NCBI GenBank assembly: GCA_964385715.1 | Contig: CAYLRE010000002.1 | Span: 1,427-65,426 of the forward strand | From: an uncultured Planctomycetaceae bacterium | GTDB taxonomy: Bacteria; Planctomycetota; Planctomycetia; Pirellulales; UBA7805 | Length of the DNA stretch: 64,000 nucleotides | Reading direction: 5' to 3' | In this document: positions 9,198 to 20,233 of the stretch, one piece after another | How positions within the stretch are numbered: the stretch's first letter is position 1 | Layout: each line of letters begins with the position of its first letter | Notes under the pieces: model-generated | The model's input: only the letters and a program-made list of their open reading frames with translations | What the model was told of the DNA's origin: nothing | Databases searched by the model: none | Made by a program: the position numbers and the translations under genes

Positions 9198-9755
9198 ATG
9201 ATTCCGCGACTGCAAGAACGATACGAAAAGGAACTGCTCCCCAACCTGGAAAAGGATTTGGGTCGCAGCAACCGACTCTCGCTACCTCGATTGAAGAAGA
9301 TCGTGGTCAGCATGGGTGTCGGATCCGCCATTACCGAGAAGAAGAACCTCGACCAATCGGTCGACGCGATGCGACAGATCACCGGTCAAAAGCCGGCCGT
9401 CACGCGAGCCACGAAGTCGGTTGCCGGCTTCAAGCTGCGAGAAGGTCAAGCGATTGGCTGCAAGGTCACACTTCGCGGAGCCCGCATGTACGAGTTCCTC
9501 GATCGTCTGATTTCGCTGGCCCTGCCCCGCGTACGTGACTTTCGAGGAGTCAAACCGAATGCGTTCGACGGCCGTGGCAATTACAGCCTAGGCCTGACCG
9601 AACAACTCGTGTTTCCCGAAATCAACCCGGACAAGTTCACGCACGTCCAGGGAATGAATATCACGCTGGTCACAAGCACGCCCTGCAATGCCGAAGCCCG
9701 CAAGCTGCTTACCGGCTTCGGCATGCCGTTCCAAAAACCGGACGGCGACAACTAA
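9198..9755 (+). CDS. rplE: 50S ribosomal protein L5
   Basis: MIPRLQERYEKELLPNL...VVSMGVG...RDFRGV...FDGRGNYSLGL matches L5. Confidence 0.93.
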   Translation: MIPRLQERYEKELLPNLEKDLGRSNRLSLPRLKKIVVSMGVGSAITEKKNLDQSVDAMRQITGQKPAVTRATKSVAGFKLREGQAIGCKVTLRGARMYEFLDRLISLALPRVRDFRGVKPNAFDGRGNYSLGLTEQLVFPEINPDKFTHVQGMNITLVTSTPCNAEARKLLTGFGMPFQKPDGDN

Positions 9756-9827
9756 GGCGAAGTGACACTAAGTCCTAACTAAATACAAACCGTTTGCCCC
9801 TAGAGAATCCAAAGGGCCCCACTTCTT

Positions 9828-10226
9828 ATGATGACCGATCCGATTGCCGACATGCTAACCCGCATCCGCAACGCGGTACGTGTCGAGCGAACAACTGTCG
9901 ACGTCCCAGTGTCGAAAGTCAAACGCGGACTTGCCGACGTGCTCAAGCGCGAGGGTTACATCTGGGACTACAGCGAAGTCGAAGAGTCGAAGCACCCGAC
10001 GCTGCTCCGCATCGATTTGAAATACGGCCCCAACGGCGAGCGCGTGATTCGTAACATCAAGCGAGTCAGCCGCCCCGGACGTCGTATTTACAATCGTGCG
10101 ACCGGCCTGAAGCCGATCCTCGGTGGACTGGGAATTTCGATCATTAGCACCAGCCGCGGTGTGATCTCGGATCGCGAAGCACGCCAGCGAAAACTGGGTG
10201 GCGAAGTCCTCTGCGAGGTCTGGTAG
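9828..10226 (+). CDS. rpsH: 30S ribosomal protein S8
   Basis: MMTDPIADMLTRIRNA matches the S8 N-terminus; 132 aa. Confidence 0.95.
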   Translation: MMTDPIADMLTRIRNAVRVERTTVDVPVSKVKRGLADVLKREGYIWDYSEVEESKHPTLLRIDLKYGPNGERVIRNIKRVSRPGRRIYNRATGLKPILGGLGISIISTSRGVISDREARQRKLGGEVLCEVW

Positions 10227-10322
10227 TACGACCAGGCCCCACAGCCAGCCCCCCGCGGGCGGGCAACTCGTCACGCGGACAGCTCAAACAACGAATCAAC
10301 ACACAAAACAGCAATACCTGCC

Positions 10323-10868
10323 ATGAGTCGAATCGGAAAAAAACCTGTCGTCGTTCCTGAGAAAGTCAAAGTCTCAGTAGCGGGCAACACGGTCACGGTC
10401 GAAGGCCCCCTCGGCAAGCTCGACTGGACGTTCCGTCGTGAGATGACCGTCACGGTCGACGAAGACGCCAAGCAAGTCCTCGTCACTCGCGATCGCGACG
10501 ACCGCGAAGCGCGTGCCCTGCATGGACTCACCCGAGCCCTCATCCAGAACATGGTTGAAGGAGTGGTGAGCGGCTACGAGAAGAAGCTTGAAGTTGTTGG
10601 CGTCGGTTACGTGGCGGCAGTCCAAAACGGCGAACTTCAGCTGCGTGTCGGTTTTGCGAACGAAATCAAGAAAAAGATCCCGGCCGGACTCGATGTCACC
10701 TGCCCCGATCAAACCCACATTGTTGTCAAAGGTATGGACAAACAAAGCGTCGGCCAGTTCGCCGCGGAAGTCCGTGCCGTGCGAAAGCCCGAACCTTACA
10801 AGGGTAAGGGAATTCGTTACGAGGGCGAGCACGTCCGACGTAAGGCCGGTAAGGCTGTCGGCGCCTAA
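10323..10868 (+). CDS. rplF: 50S ribosomal protein L6
   Basis: MSRIGKKPVVVPEKVKV...EPYKGKGIRYEGE matches L6. Confidence 0.93.
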   Translation: MSRIGKKPVVVPEKVKVSVAGNTVTVEGPLGKLDWTFRREMTVTVDEDAKQVLVTRDRDDREARALHGLTRALIQNMVEGVVSGYEKKLEVVGVGYVAAVQNGELQLRVGFANEIKKKIPAGLDVTCPDQTHIVVKGMDKQSVGQFAAEVRAVRKPEPYKGKGIRYEGEHVRRKAGKAVGA

Positions 10869-10945
10869 GCGTTACCAGCGCGGGATACCTGAAGCGAGCC
10901 TGAACTAGAACACCTGATCTAAAGATTACGACGAGAAGAACGGTC

Positions 10946-11314
10946 ATGAATCACGATCGAGCCATCCGAAAACAACGCCAACGTCGCGGCTTCCGTGTAC
11001 GTAAGCGTGTGCGTGGAACAACAGAGCGTCCGCGGCTGAGCGTCTTCCGCAGCAACAAGCACATTTACGCCCAACTGATCGATGACTCGACCGGTAAGAC
11101 GTTGGCTTCCTGCGGAACGACCGAGCAAGAGGTCAGCAAGTCGGTCAAGGGTGGCGGAAACAAAGACGCCGCCACCTTTGTTGGCAAAACAATCGCCGAA
11201 CGAGCCAAGGCAGCTGGCGTCACCGCCGTGGCCTTCGATCGCGGCCACTTCAAGTACCACGGTCGCGTAGCGGCTCTCGCCGATGCGGCCCGCGAAGGTG
11301 GCTTGAGTTTCTAA
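10946..11314 (+). CDS. rplR: 50S ribosomal protein L18
   Basis: [21 protein letters not shown]...[24 protein letters not shown] matches L18. Confidence 0.93.
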   Translation: MNHDRAIRKQRQRRGFRVRKRVRGTTERPRLSVFRSNKHIYAQLIDDSTGKTLASCGTTEQEVSKSVKGGGNKDAATFVGKTIAERAKAAGVTAVAFDRGHFKYHGRVAALADAAREGGLSF

Positions 11315-11369
11315 GTAACACAAATCGGGAATCCAACCCGTCACATTCTTAACGTAAGGTAAAAGACAC

Positions 11370-11891
11370 GTGGCAAGAGCAAAATCCCGCGGCAAATCGC
11401 GAAAAGACGAAGGCGACTCGGCCCACGGTGGCATGATCGAAAAGGTCGTGAAGATCAAACGTTGTGCCGCCGTTGTTAAGGGTGGTCGTCGTTTCAGCTT
11501 TGCAGCGATGTTGGTCGTCGGTAACGGCAACGGCCGTGTTGGCTGGGGTTACGGAAAGGCGAACGAAGTTCCGCCCGCCGTCGATAAGGCCGTCACCGCC
11601 GCCACTCGCGATCAAGTCGAAATCGCGCTGGCCGACAACACCATTCCGCACACCGTTAAAGGTCGCTTTGGCGCCGCCAACGTGATCCTGGTTCCGGCCG
11701 CCCCCGGTACGGGTGTGATTGCTGGAGCCGCCGTGCGAGCCGTCTGCGAAGCGGCCGGTATCCACGACATTTTGACCAAGAGTTTCGGTTCCAATAATTC
11801 CGTGACGGTCGTAAAAGCCACGATCGAAGCGCTCAAACAGCTGCGACCCCCCGCCGAGGTCGAGCGACTCAGGGGAGTCTCCTTGTCATGA
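11370..11891 (+). CDS. rpsE: 30S ribosomal protein S5
   Basis: [39 protein letters not shown] matches S5. Start is GTG 11370. Confidence 0.92.
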   Translation: MARAKSRGKSRKDEGDSAHGGMIEKVVKIKRCAAVVKGGRRFSFAAMLVVGNGNGRVGWGYGKANEVPPAVDKAVTAATRDQVEIALADNTIPHTVKGRFGAANVILVPAAPGTGVIAGAAVRAVCEAAGIHDILTKSFGSNNSVTVVKATIEALKQLRPPAEVERLRGVSLS

Positions 11892-12391
11892 ACCTCAACG
11901 ACGTCCATCGCGGTATTAAGAAAAACAAGCCTCGCCGTCGCATCGGTCGTGGCCCCGGTAGCGGGCACGGTAAGACGAGCGGCCGTGGTCACAAGGGCCA
12001 AGGTAGCCGTAGCGGTTACTCGCGCCAGGTCGTGTTCCAGGGTGGAACCATGCCGATGATTCGGCGGATCCCCAAACGCGGCTTCAACAACAAGTGGGCT
12101 CTCAAGGTCGTCCACGTGAATGTCGAGGATCTCGAGAACACATTCACCGCCGGCGATGAGATTACTCCCGAACTGCTCGCCTCCAAGGCGTTGATTCCTG
12201 CGAACTTCGATGTTCTGAAGATTCTCGGAAACGGGGACCTCTCCAAGAAATTTAAGGTTTCGGCCCATCGTTTCAGTGCCTCGGCACAGGAAAAGATCGA
12301 AAAGGCCGGCGGCGAACTAAATGTACTGCCCGGTAAGAAGCCGGTTGTGAAGAACCCCCAAGGACGTCCTGCCCAGCCAGCTCAGTCGTAG
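11888..12391 (+). CDS. rplO: 50S ribosomal protein L15
   Basis: [23 protein letters not shown] matches L15. It has an ATGA overlap with the rpsE stop, which leaves no room for rpmD. Confidence 0.92.
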   Translation: MNLNDVHRGIKKNKPRRRIGRGPGSGHGKTSGRGHKGQGSRSGYSRQVVFQGGTMPMIRRIPKRGFNNKWALKVVHVNVEDLENTFTAGDEITPELLASKALIPANFDVLKILGNGDLSKKFKVSAHRFSASAQEKIEKAGGELNVLPGKKPVVKNPQGRPAQPAQS

Positions 12392-12575
12392 TTGGCCGCT
12401 GGCTGAATTGCCGTTGGCACCAGCTGCTAGCACACGATATAGTTCTGCGATCGCTTGAGTCGTCCCTGCGGGGAATGCCCCAGGCACTCGAGAACAACTA
12501 TTGGAATTTCAAACTTCAAGACTAGTTTGATCAAGATCGTTTGTCTTGACGAGCTGGCCACGGACGGAACGACCG

Positions 12576-13964
12576 ATGTGGGAAAAAATTCGCGTCATCT
12601 TCACCATCCCCGAACTTCGTAAGAAGATCGGTCTGACGCTACTACTCTTGGCCATCTATCGTGTCGGTTGGCAGATCCCTCTGCCCATCATCGACAACGA
12701 GAACATGATGAGCTTTTTCAGCAACAGCTCCGGACTCGGAGGCCTGCTGGAACACGTAGCCATTTTCAGCGCTAGCCAATTAAACCAGGCCACAATCTTT
12801 GGTCTTGGTATTATGCCGTATATCTCCGCTTCGATTATCTTCCAACTTTTGGGCAGTGTGTGGAAACCGCTCGAAGAACTCCAAAAGGAAGGCGAAAGCG
12901 GACGCAAGAAAATCAACGAGTACACGCGGTACGCCACGGTCGTGCTCTGCTTGTTACAGAGCTACATGTACCTGCGCTATCTTATGGGGGCGACGGCTAC
13001 CGCATTCACCAATGGTGACGCCGGCCAAATGCTCATTCAGGCCGATATTTGGGTTCAGATGCAGAACAGCTTCTTTGCCAGCTTTGGTTGGCAATTAACT
13101 GCCGTTCTGACCATGACCTGCGGTACTGTCTTCTTGATGTGGCTCGGTGAACAGATCGACGAGTTCGGGATTGGTAACGGAATCAGCTTGCTGATCATGG
13201 CCGGTATTTTGGCCGGTATGCCAAATGCAGGTCTGCGACTAATCAACAACACCACCTTTGAGATCGGCGGTGGTGTCGGGACGAAACATGGTGTCGAAAC
13301 CCTGCTGGTTCTGGCCGTGGTATTTGTGGCGGTCATCTTTGGAGTGGTCTACATCACCCAAGGCCAACGCCGCATTCCAATCCAAAGTGCCAAGCACGTT
13401 CGTGGCCGCCGCGTCTACGGTGGTACTCGCGAATACTTGCCGCTGAAGGTCAATCAAGCCGGCGTAATGCCGATTATTTTTGCCAGTAGCTTGCTGATGG
13501 TGCCGATGTTGATCTTCGGACAGCTACAACACTTTGGCCCGGTATGGCGCACACTCGCAGGCGTATTCGAGCAACGCGACTCCTTTACTTATAACCTGCT
13601 GTACATCGGCATGATCTATTTCTTCTGCTACTTCTGGACGGCGATCACGTTCAACCCGAAGGATATGGCAGAGAACCTGAAGAATTTTGGAACGTTTATT
13701 CCGGGTCATCGCCCGGGCAAGCGAACCGCGGACTACCTCGAACGCGTCATGTTGCGTATTACCTACGTAGGAGCTGGCTTCCTGGCTTTGGTCGCCGTCA
13801 TTCCGACGATCGTTTCTGGATCGATGGGAGTCGACTTCTACGTCGCCAGTTTCTATGGCGGAACCGGACTTTTGATCGCAGTCAGCGTGGCGATCGATCT
13901 GGTACAGAAGATCGATTCGCATCTGGTAATGCGAAATTACGAGGGTCTGCTGGGACGATCGTAA
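12576..13964 (+). CDS. secY: Preprotein translocase subunit SecY
   Basis: Multi-TM protein with MWEKIRVIFTIPELRKKIGLTLLLLAIYRVG, FGLGIMPYISASIIFQLL and KINEYTRY, and the conserved position after rplO. Start is ATG 12576; TTG 12546 is possible. Confidence 0.93.
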   Translation: MWEKIRVIFTIPELRKKIGLTLLLLAIYRVGWQIPLPIIDNENMMSFFSNSSGLGGLLEHVAIFSASQLNQATIFGLGIMPYISASIIFQLLGSVWKPLEELQKEGESGRKKINEYTRYATVVLCLLQSYMYLRYLMGATATAFTNGDAGQMLIQADIWVQMQNSFFASFGWQLTAVLTMTCGTVFLMWLGEQIDEFGIGNGISLLIMAGILAGMPNAGLRLINNTTFEIGGGVGTKHGVETLLVLAVVFVAVIFGVVYITQGQRRIPIQSAKHVRGRRVYGGTREYLPLKVNQAGVMPIIFASSLLMVPMLIFGQLQHFGPVWRTLAGVFEQRDSFTYNLLYIGMIYFFCYFWTAITFNPKDMAENLKNFGTFIPGHRPGKRTADYLERVMLRITYVGAGFLALVAVIPTIVSGSMGVDFYVASFYGGTGLLIAVSVAIDLVQKIDSHLVMRNYEGLLGRS

Positions 13965-13994
13965 TCGCCTCCGGCTTGATGGAAAACGATTTCC

Positions 13995-14564
13995 ATGCGA
14001 TTGATTTTCATTGGTCCGCCGGGCGCAGGTAAAGGCACGCAATCCGCGCGAGTGGAAGAGCATTTTTCGATTGCTCATCTCTCGACCGGAGACATGCTTC
14101 GCGAAACCATTGCGCAAGGCACCGACGTTGGCTTGCTCGCAAAACAATATATCGACAAGGGAGAACTGGTAACTGACGACATCGTCATCAAAGCGGTCAT
14201 CGATCGTCTGAAGTCCCCGGATTGCCAACATGGGGTCTTGTTCGACGGATTTCCCAGAACACTCGCTCAAGCGACAGCACTCGACGAGCACCTGGCGATC
14301 AACGGCATGCAGATTGACTTGGCGATTCAGCTCGTCGTTGACAAAGACGTACTCGTGGAACGGCTCGCTGGCCGTGGCCGAGCCGACGACGCGACCGAGA
14401 TTGTGGCACAACGCCTGGAAGTCTTCCGTAGCCAGACCGAACCACTTTTGGATTACTACGACCGCCAAGGCAAGTTGGTTTCGATTGACGGTATTGGCCC
14501 CCCCGACGAAGTCACCGCCAGAATCAAAGACGCTATTGTCGCCGCCACCTCCTGCGAATCGTAA
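13995..14564 (+). CDS. adk: Adenylate kinase (short-LID form)
   Basis: P-loop GPPGAGKGTQ and LSTGDMLR are present. The LID region is reduced to GRGRADD with no Cys4/zinc LID. 189 aa. Confidence 0.92.
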   Translation: MRLIFIGPPGAGKGTQSARVEEHFSIAHLSTGDMLRETIAQGTDVGLLAKQYIDKGELVTDDIVIKAVIDRLKSPDCQHGVLFDGFPRTLAQATALDEHLAINGMQIDLAIQLVVDKDVLVERLAGRGRADDATEIVAQRLEVFRSQTEPLLDYYDRQGKLVSIDGIGPPDEVTARIKDAIVAATSCES

Positions 14565-14588
14565 ACGACTACAAGGATTTCCCCGCCC

Positions 14589-15440
14589 ATGTTGACCCTA
14601 AGAAGCGACCGCGAGATCGAAAAGATGCGCCGGCCTGGCTTGGCGGTCTACTATGGTCTGCAGATTGCCCGGCAGATGGCCGTGCCTGGCGTGACGACGG
14701 GTGAAATCAACGACGCGGTAGCCGCCTACTACGAACAGATCGGCGGAGAACCGCTGTTTTTGAACTACCCGAATTCATCACCCGGCAAACCTGCTTTTAG
14801 CGGGGTCATTTGTGCGTCGGTCAACGAAGAAGTCGTGCATGGCGTGCCTGGTGATCGCGTCCTCCAGGAAGGCGACGTCATCAGTGTCGATACCGGTGTG
14901 CGGATCGACGGATGGTGTGGCGACTCGGCGGTGACTTTGCCGATCGGAGAGATTGATCCTGAAGTCCAGCGTTTGCTGACCGTTACCGACGAAGTACTTC
15001 AGATCGCCATCGACCAGATGGGCAAGAAACAGATGTGGAGTGAAGTGGCTGCCGAGATGGCCAATCACGTGTATCAGGCAGAGTTCTACGTGGTCGAGAA
15101 TTTCGTCGGCCACGGGATTGGCCGTGAGATGCACGAACTGCCTCAGGTGCCCAATTTTGTGAGTGAATCGCTGCGAAAACGGGACGATTTCCGGCTGGAG
15201 CCGGGTCTGGTGATCGCAGTCGAACCGATGGTCAACATGGGCACCAAGCGTGTCGTGGAAATGGCCGACCATTGGACCCAATCGGCCGCCGATTCCCGGC
15301 CGAGTGCTCATTTTGAGCACACCCTCGCGATCACCAGCAATGGCGTTCGCGTAATGACGGGGGCTCCCACGGAAGAGGAGCGGAATTCTGACGCCATGCC
15401 TCCCCAACCCCTATCGCTGGGGGGCGTCAGCGAGTCCTAG
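14589..15440 (+). CDS. map: Methionine aminopeptidase type I
   Basis: NEEVVHGVP, GDVISVDTG, FVGHGIGREMHE and VIAVEPM resemble the MetAP metal-site motifs. Position after adk is conserved. Confidence 0.9.
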   Translation: MLTLRSDREIEKMRRPGLAVYYGLQIARQMAVPGVTTGEINDAVAAYYEQIGGEPLFLNYPNSSPGKPAFSGVICASVNEEVVHGVPGDRVLQEGDVISVDTGVRIDGWCGDSAVTLPIGEIDPEVQRLLTVTDEVLQIAIDQMGKKQMWSEVAAEMANHVYQAEFYVVENFVGHGIGREMHELPQVPNFVSESLRKRDDFRLEPGLVIAVEPMVNMGTKRVVEMADHWTQSAADSRPSAHFEHTLAITSNGVRVMTGAPTEEERNSDAMPPQPLSLGGVSES

Positions 15441-15571
15441 GAGTCGGGTGGATCGAGAATGGGAACCCACTAGGGCCCCTTGATCTGAACCCGCCATCAC
15501 ACGTATATTTGGCGTTTTGCCTTAATTTCGGCCCGATATCCCCCTATGGGGAAAAGTAAAGCGAGAAGGCT

Positions 15572-15685
15572 ATGAAAGTCCGCGCTAGCGTTAAGCGTAT
15601 TTGTGAGAACTGCAAGGTCGTTCGTCGACGAGGCGTCGTCTATGTGGTTTGCTCAAACCCCCGACACAAACAGCGACAGGGTTAA
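15572..15685 (+). CDS. rpmJ: 50S ribosomal protein L36 (not in the ORF track; found by eye)
   Basis: ATG 15572 to TAA 15683-15685 encodes [37 protein letters not shown] (37 aa). This is the canonical zinc-ribbon L36 sequence. GAAGG lies 5 nt upstream, and it sits before rpsM. Confidence 0.93.
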   Translation: MKVRASVKRICENCKVVRRRGVVYVVCSNPRHKQRQG

Positions 15686-15759
15686 CGGTTGCGACCGGAT
15701 TGACGTGAAGAAATCATCCGTTGATCGCCCTTCCCTTTTTAACTTAACAGGAAGACAAG

Positions 15760-16143
15760 ATGCCACGTGTTCTCGGTGTTGATATCCCGAACGAGCGTCC
15801 GACCGTCGTCGCGCTGACCTATCTCTATGGGATTGGCCCGAAGACTGCCCGCGAACTTTGTCGTGCCGCGGGCATCGATCCGCAGGTTCGCGCACGCGAA
15901 CTGCAAGAAGATGAGATCGCGCGAATCGCGGCTCTCTTGGACAAAGAATATGTGGTCGAAGGTCCTCTGCGACGCCAGACCGCTCAGAACATTTCGCGAC
16001 TGCGTGACATCGCCTGCTATCGCGGCCTGCGACATCGTCGCGGTTTGCCGGTACGCGGACAACGCACACGAACCAACGCCCGCACCCGTAAGGGACCGCG
16101 CAAGACCGTTGCCGGTAAGAAGGGCGTGAAGGACCTGCGATAA
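15760..16143 (+). CDS. rpsM: 30S ribosomal protein S13
   Basis: [26 protein letters not shown]...[23 protein letters not shown] matches S13. Confidence 0.94.
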   Translation: MPRVLGVDIPNERPTVVALTYLYGIGPKTARELCRAAGIDPQVRARELQEDEIARIAALLDKEYVVEGPLRRQTAQNISRLRDIACYRGLRHRRGLPVRGQRTRTNARTRKGPRKTVAGKKGVKDLR

Positions 16144-16252
16144 GCTGACGACCGTTTTCGCAGTCGCATCATCGCTAGGCAATTCAAGACAACACAAACA
16201 GTAAAAAGACCAAACGACGCGTCCGTGAAAACGACGCAGGAGAAAACAAGTC

Positions 16253-16633
16253 GTGGCCAAAGGCAAGAAGAAAAAAACACGTCGCAACGTAACCGTTGGC
16301 ATCGCTCACATCCGAGCGACGTTCAACAACACCACCGTGACGATCACCGACACCAAGGGCAACGCTCTTTGTTGGGCTAGCGGCGGAACCTCGGGCTTCA
16401 AGGGAAGCCGTAAGAGCACCCCGTTCGCCGGGCAATGTGCCGCCCAGCAGGCCGCCGAGAAGGCCGCCAAGTTCGGTGTCAAAGATGTCGACGTCAAGGT
16501 CAACGGCCCGGGCAGCGGTCGCGAAAGTGCGATCACTTCGCTGCAAGCCGCCGGCTTGAACATCAAGTCGATCGAAGACGTGACGCCGATGCCACACAAC
16601 GGTTGTCGCCCCCGCAAGAAGCGACGCGTGTAA
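16253..16633 (+). CDS. rpsK: 30S ribosomal protein S11
   Basis: [22 protein letters not shown]...[12 protein letters not shown]...[18 protein letters not shown] matches S11. Start is GTG. Confidence 0.94.
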   Translation: MAKGKKKKTRRNVTVGIAHIRATFNNTTVTITDTKGNALCWASGGTSGFKGSRKSTPFAGQCAAQQAAEKAAKFGVKDVDVKVNGPGSGRESAITSLQAAGLNIKSIEDVTPMPHNGCRPRKKRRV

Positions 16634-16696
16634 GAAGATCGCACGCGACACCCCCACCATCCACCCCAAATCAGCTGAAACAGGTTGTCATAAAGT

Positions 16697-17323
16697 ATGG
16701 CTCGTTACACCGGACCCGTTTGTCGACTTTGCCGCCGCGACGGCATGAAGTTGTTCCTCAAAGGTACTCGCTGCGATACGCCGAAGTGCGCTTACGAGCG
16801 TCGCGATGCCCCTCCTGGCATGCATCAGTTTCGTCGTGGAAAGTTGACCGACTACGGAATTCACCTGCGTGAGAAGCAGAAGGTCAAGCACTATTACGGC
16901 GTGCTGGAGAAGCAGTTCCGCGGCTACTACGATCGCGCCAAGCGAGCCAAGGGCAATACCGGCGACGAGTTGATGGCACTCTTGGAACGACGACTCGACA
17001 ATGTCGTCCACCGTCTCGGCTTCGGCCAGAGCCGCAGCCAGGCCCGTCAGCTCATCAGCCACGGTCACATTACGGTGAACGGCGGTCGCGTCGACGTGCC
17101 GAGCTACATGCTGCGAGCGGGTGACGTGATTCGCGTGAAGAATCGTCCCAAGAGCTTGCGTATGGTGACCGATAACTTGGCCCAACAAGAACGTGAAGTC
17201 CCCGATTTCCTCTCGCTTCAAGAAGGCGCGATTCCGGAAGGCTCCGTGTCTCGACTCCCCGAGTCGTCGCACGTGTCGATTCCGGTCGAAACCCAATTGA
17301 TTGTCGAGTTGTGTTCGAAATAG
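16697..17323 (+). CDS. rpsD: 30S ribosomal protein S4 (Cys-containing N-terminal knuckle)
   Basis: MARYTGPVCRLCRRDGMKLFLKGTRCDTPKCA is an S4 N-terminus with CxxC...C-x4-C. RLDNVVHRLGF marks the S4 RNA-binding domain. Confidence 0.93.
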   Translation: MARYTGPVCRLCRRDGMKLFLKGTRCDTPKCAYERRDAPPGMHQFRRGKLTDYGIHLREKQKVKHYYGVLEKQFRGYYDRAKRAKGNTGDELMALLERRLDNVVHRLGFGQSRSQARQLISHGHITVNGGRVDVPSYMLRAGDVIRVKNRPKSLRMVTDNLAQQEREVPDFLSLQEGAIPEGSVSRLPESSHVSIPVETQLIVELCSK

Positions 17324-17465
17324 TCGCCGGCAGCGAAGACGTTTTTTCGCAACGCCCCCACCGCGACACCCCACCCGATTCCGCTTGCTTGTCGAACAAA
17401 CGTTCTGACAGCAAAAAAGAGAAGATATCGCTCGCAAAGAGCTGTCGTTGATACGGAGAACTGGT

Positions 17466-18452
<987 letters not shown>

Positions 18453-18580
18453 TCGCCACACCTGAAATTGCCGTCCGCTAGTTGCCGCCGTACTGAGAAC
18501 AGACGCGGCACCCCAAGCGAGACGAACGTTGGTTTCGACCAGTAACAACAAACAATCATTCGTGACAGAAGACATCTGCC

Positions 18581-19303
18581 ATGCGACATCGACGACGCGG
18601 CCGCAAACTTGGACGATCCCCAAGCCATCAGCGAGCCCTGCTCCGCAACCTTGCCAGCGCCCTGTTCCTCACCGAACGTGAGGACGACGAATACCTTGAA
18701 GGTCCGCAAATGCCGGATCCCCCCAAGGTCAAAGGTCGCATCGTAACCACGCTTCAGAAGGCCAAGGAAGTTCGCCCGCTGGTCGAAAAGTGCATCACCA
18801 TCGCCCGTCGTTCGCTCGACGCTCAACGTGCTGCCGACGCGCTCGATACCGATGCCGATCGCTACACCGAAGAGTGGAAGAAATGGCGCGAAAGCGATCA
18901 ATACAACCAGTGGAATCAGGCCGTCGCGCCGGTTCTGGCTGCTCGCCGTCGTGCGATCAAGCTGCTGGGTGACAAACGAGCGGTGCAGATTCTGTTTGAC
19001 GAAATCGCTCCTCGCTTCGAAGACCGCAACGGTGGATACACCCGCGTGCTCCGTTTGGCCAAGCCCCGCTTGGGCGATGGCGGAACTCAGGCGATCCTCG
19101 AGTTCGTCGGCGTTCGTGACCGCGTCCAGCAGAAGTCGGTTGCCCCGGCCTTCGATGCCCAAGATGATGCCCCGGCCGACGCTCCCGCAGCGGAGGTTGA
19201 GGAAGAAGTGAAGGAAGTTGCCGCAGCGGAAGAAGCAGTTTCGGAAGAGACCGCTGCTGATGCCCCGGCCACCGAAGAGTCGAGCGAAGAAAGCAAGGAG
19301 TAG
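18581..19303 (+). CDS. rplQ: 50S ribosomal protein L17, expanded (240 aa)
   Basis: MRHRRRGRKLGRSPSHQRALLRNLASALF is an L17 N-terminus, and FEDRNGGYTRVLRLAKPRLGDGGTQAILEFV is the L17 core. It also has internal insertions and an acidic Ala/Glu-rich tail. Confidence 0.9.
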   Translation: MRHRRRGRKLGRSPSHQRALLRNLASALFLTEREDDEYLEGPQMPDPPKVKGRIVTTLQKAKEVRPLVEKCITIARRSLDAQRAADALDTDADRYTEEWKKWRESDQYNQWNQAVAPVLAARRRAIKLLGDKRAVQILFDEIAPRFEDRNGGYTRVLRLAKPRLGDGGTQAILEFVGVRDRVQQKSVAPAFDAQDDAPADAPAAEVEEEVKEVAAAEEAVSEETAADAPATEESSEESKE

Positions 19304-19420
19304 AGTCGGTCCCGCGCCGGCTTGCTCTTTCGCGTTCGTTCTGGCCTGCTTCCTTGATCCCCGCCGAACCAAGGCGTTCACGGGTTTCCGCAATTTGCGA
19401 TTACGGGGAAAGGATATCCC

Positions 19421-20092
19421 GTGACGGAAGCATCTCGTCAAGGTTCGGCCAGCCAGCCTCGTTCGCCCCGTCGCGCGACAGTAGGCTTCGACTTCACGCA
19501 TCGTGTCCGCGTCGTCTGTGCCGATATGATCGCTCGTCTGCCCGAGCTCTCTCACATCGATCTGCCCCGCGTGGCGATCAGTTTCAGCCAAGCCCGCAAA
19601 GCTGTGGGGCATGGCCTGCAGGCGACGCTCACCCCGATGCGATTTGAGCAGGGTCGTTTGTGGACCGAGCGGAATGGGCGTCGCTATACCTGCCAACGCC
19701 TTTACGACGACGACGGGCAGGAGTTTCTCTATATCCTGAGCTTCTACCTGCCGCGATTCCTGAATCATCGGCTCGAGGAGAAGCTCGTCACCATTCTCCA
19801 TGAGCTGTGGCATATCAGTCCCGCCTTCGATGGCGATCTGCGGCGTCATCCGGGTCGCTGTTACGTTCACTCTCAGAGTGAGCGTGAATACGACGAGGCC
19901 ATGGCCCGCCTGGCGAATAAGTGGCTCGCGGCCGAACCGCCGACCAAGGTTTACGATTTCCTGCAGCTCTCTTTCGACGACCTGCAGCAGCGCTACGGCC
20001 GAGTGTTCGGCACCAAAATCCCCAATCCGCGGCTGATCCCTTATTCTCCGTCCGCTGAGATTCCCCGCCCTGGTAAGGCGACCGGGACCTAA
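19421..20092 (+). CDS. Hypothetical protein with an HExxH zinc-metallopeptidase-like motif
   Basis: 223 aa with a GTG start. Contains LVTILHELWHISPAFDGDLRRH (HExxH plus a downstream His). No other family is recognisable by eye. Confidence 0.6.
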   Translation: MTEASRQGSASQPRSPRRATVGFDFTHRVRVVCADMIARLPELSHIDLPRVAISFSQARKAVGHGLQATLTPMRFEQGRLWTERNGRRYTCQRLYDDDGQEFLYILSFYLPRFLNHRLEEKLVTILHELWHISPAFDGDLRRHPGRCYVHSQSEREYDEAMARLANKWLAAEPPTKVYDFLQLSFDDLQQRYGRVFGTKIPNPRLIPYSPSAEIPRPGKATGT

Positions 20093-20160
20093 TGCGAGGC
20101 TACCCGCGCGTATCGCCAGATCGCCAGCGTCTGGGGGTATTTTGACCATTTCAGATGACG

Positions 20161-20189
20161 TTGACACCATTTTCGTCAGCATCTACCCT
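20161..20189 (+). promoter_or_regulatory. Candidate sigma-70-type promoter for the 20234 lipoprotein gene
   Basis: TTGACA (20161-20166), a 17-nt spacer, then TACCCT (20184-20189), 45 nt upstream of the ATG. The -10 matches only at T1, A2 and T6. Confidence 0.3.
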
Positions 20190-20233
20190 ACGCCGCCCAT
20201 CTTTGTTCTCTTGTCGGTTTCCTCGGGATTCGT

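Noticed and set aside
9794-10054. 86-aa ORF starting in the rplE-rpsH gap, considered as a possible S14 replacement
   Set aside because: It is an out-of-frame overlap of rpsH, is Arg/Pro-rich, and lacks any S14 motif (no CxxC pairs, no ...RNRCxxTGR...).
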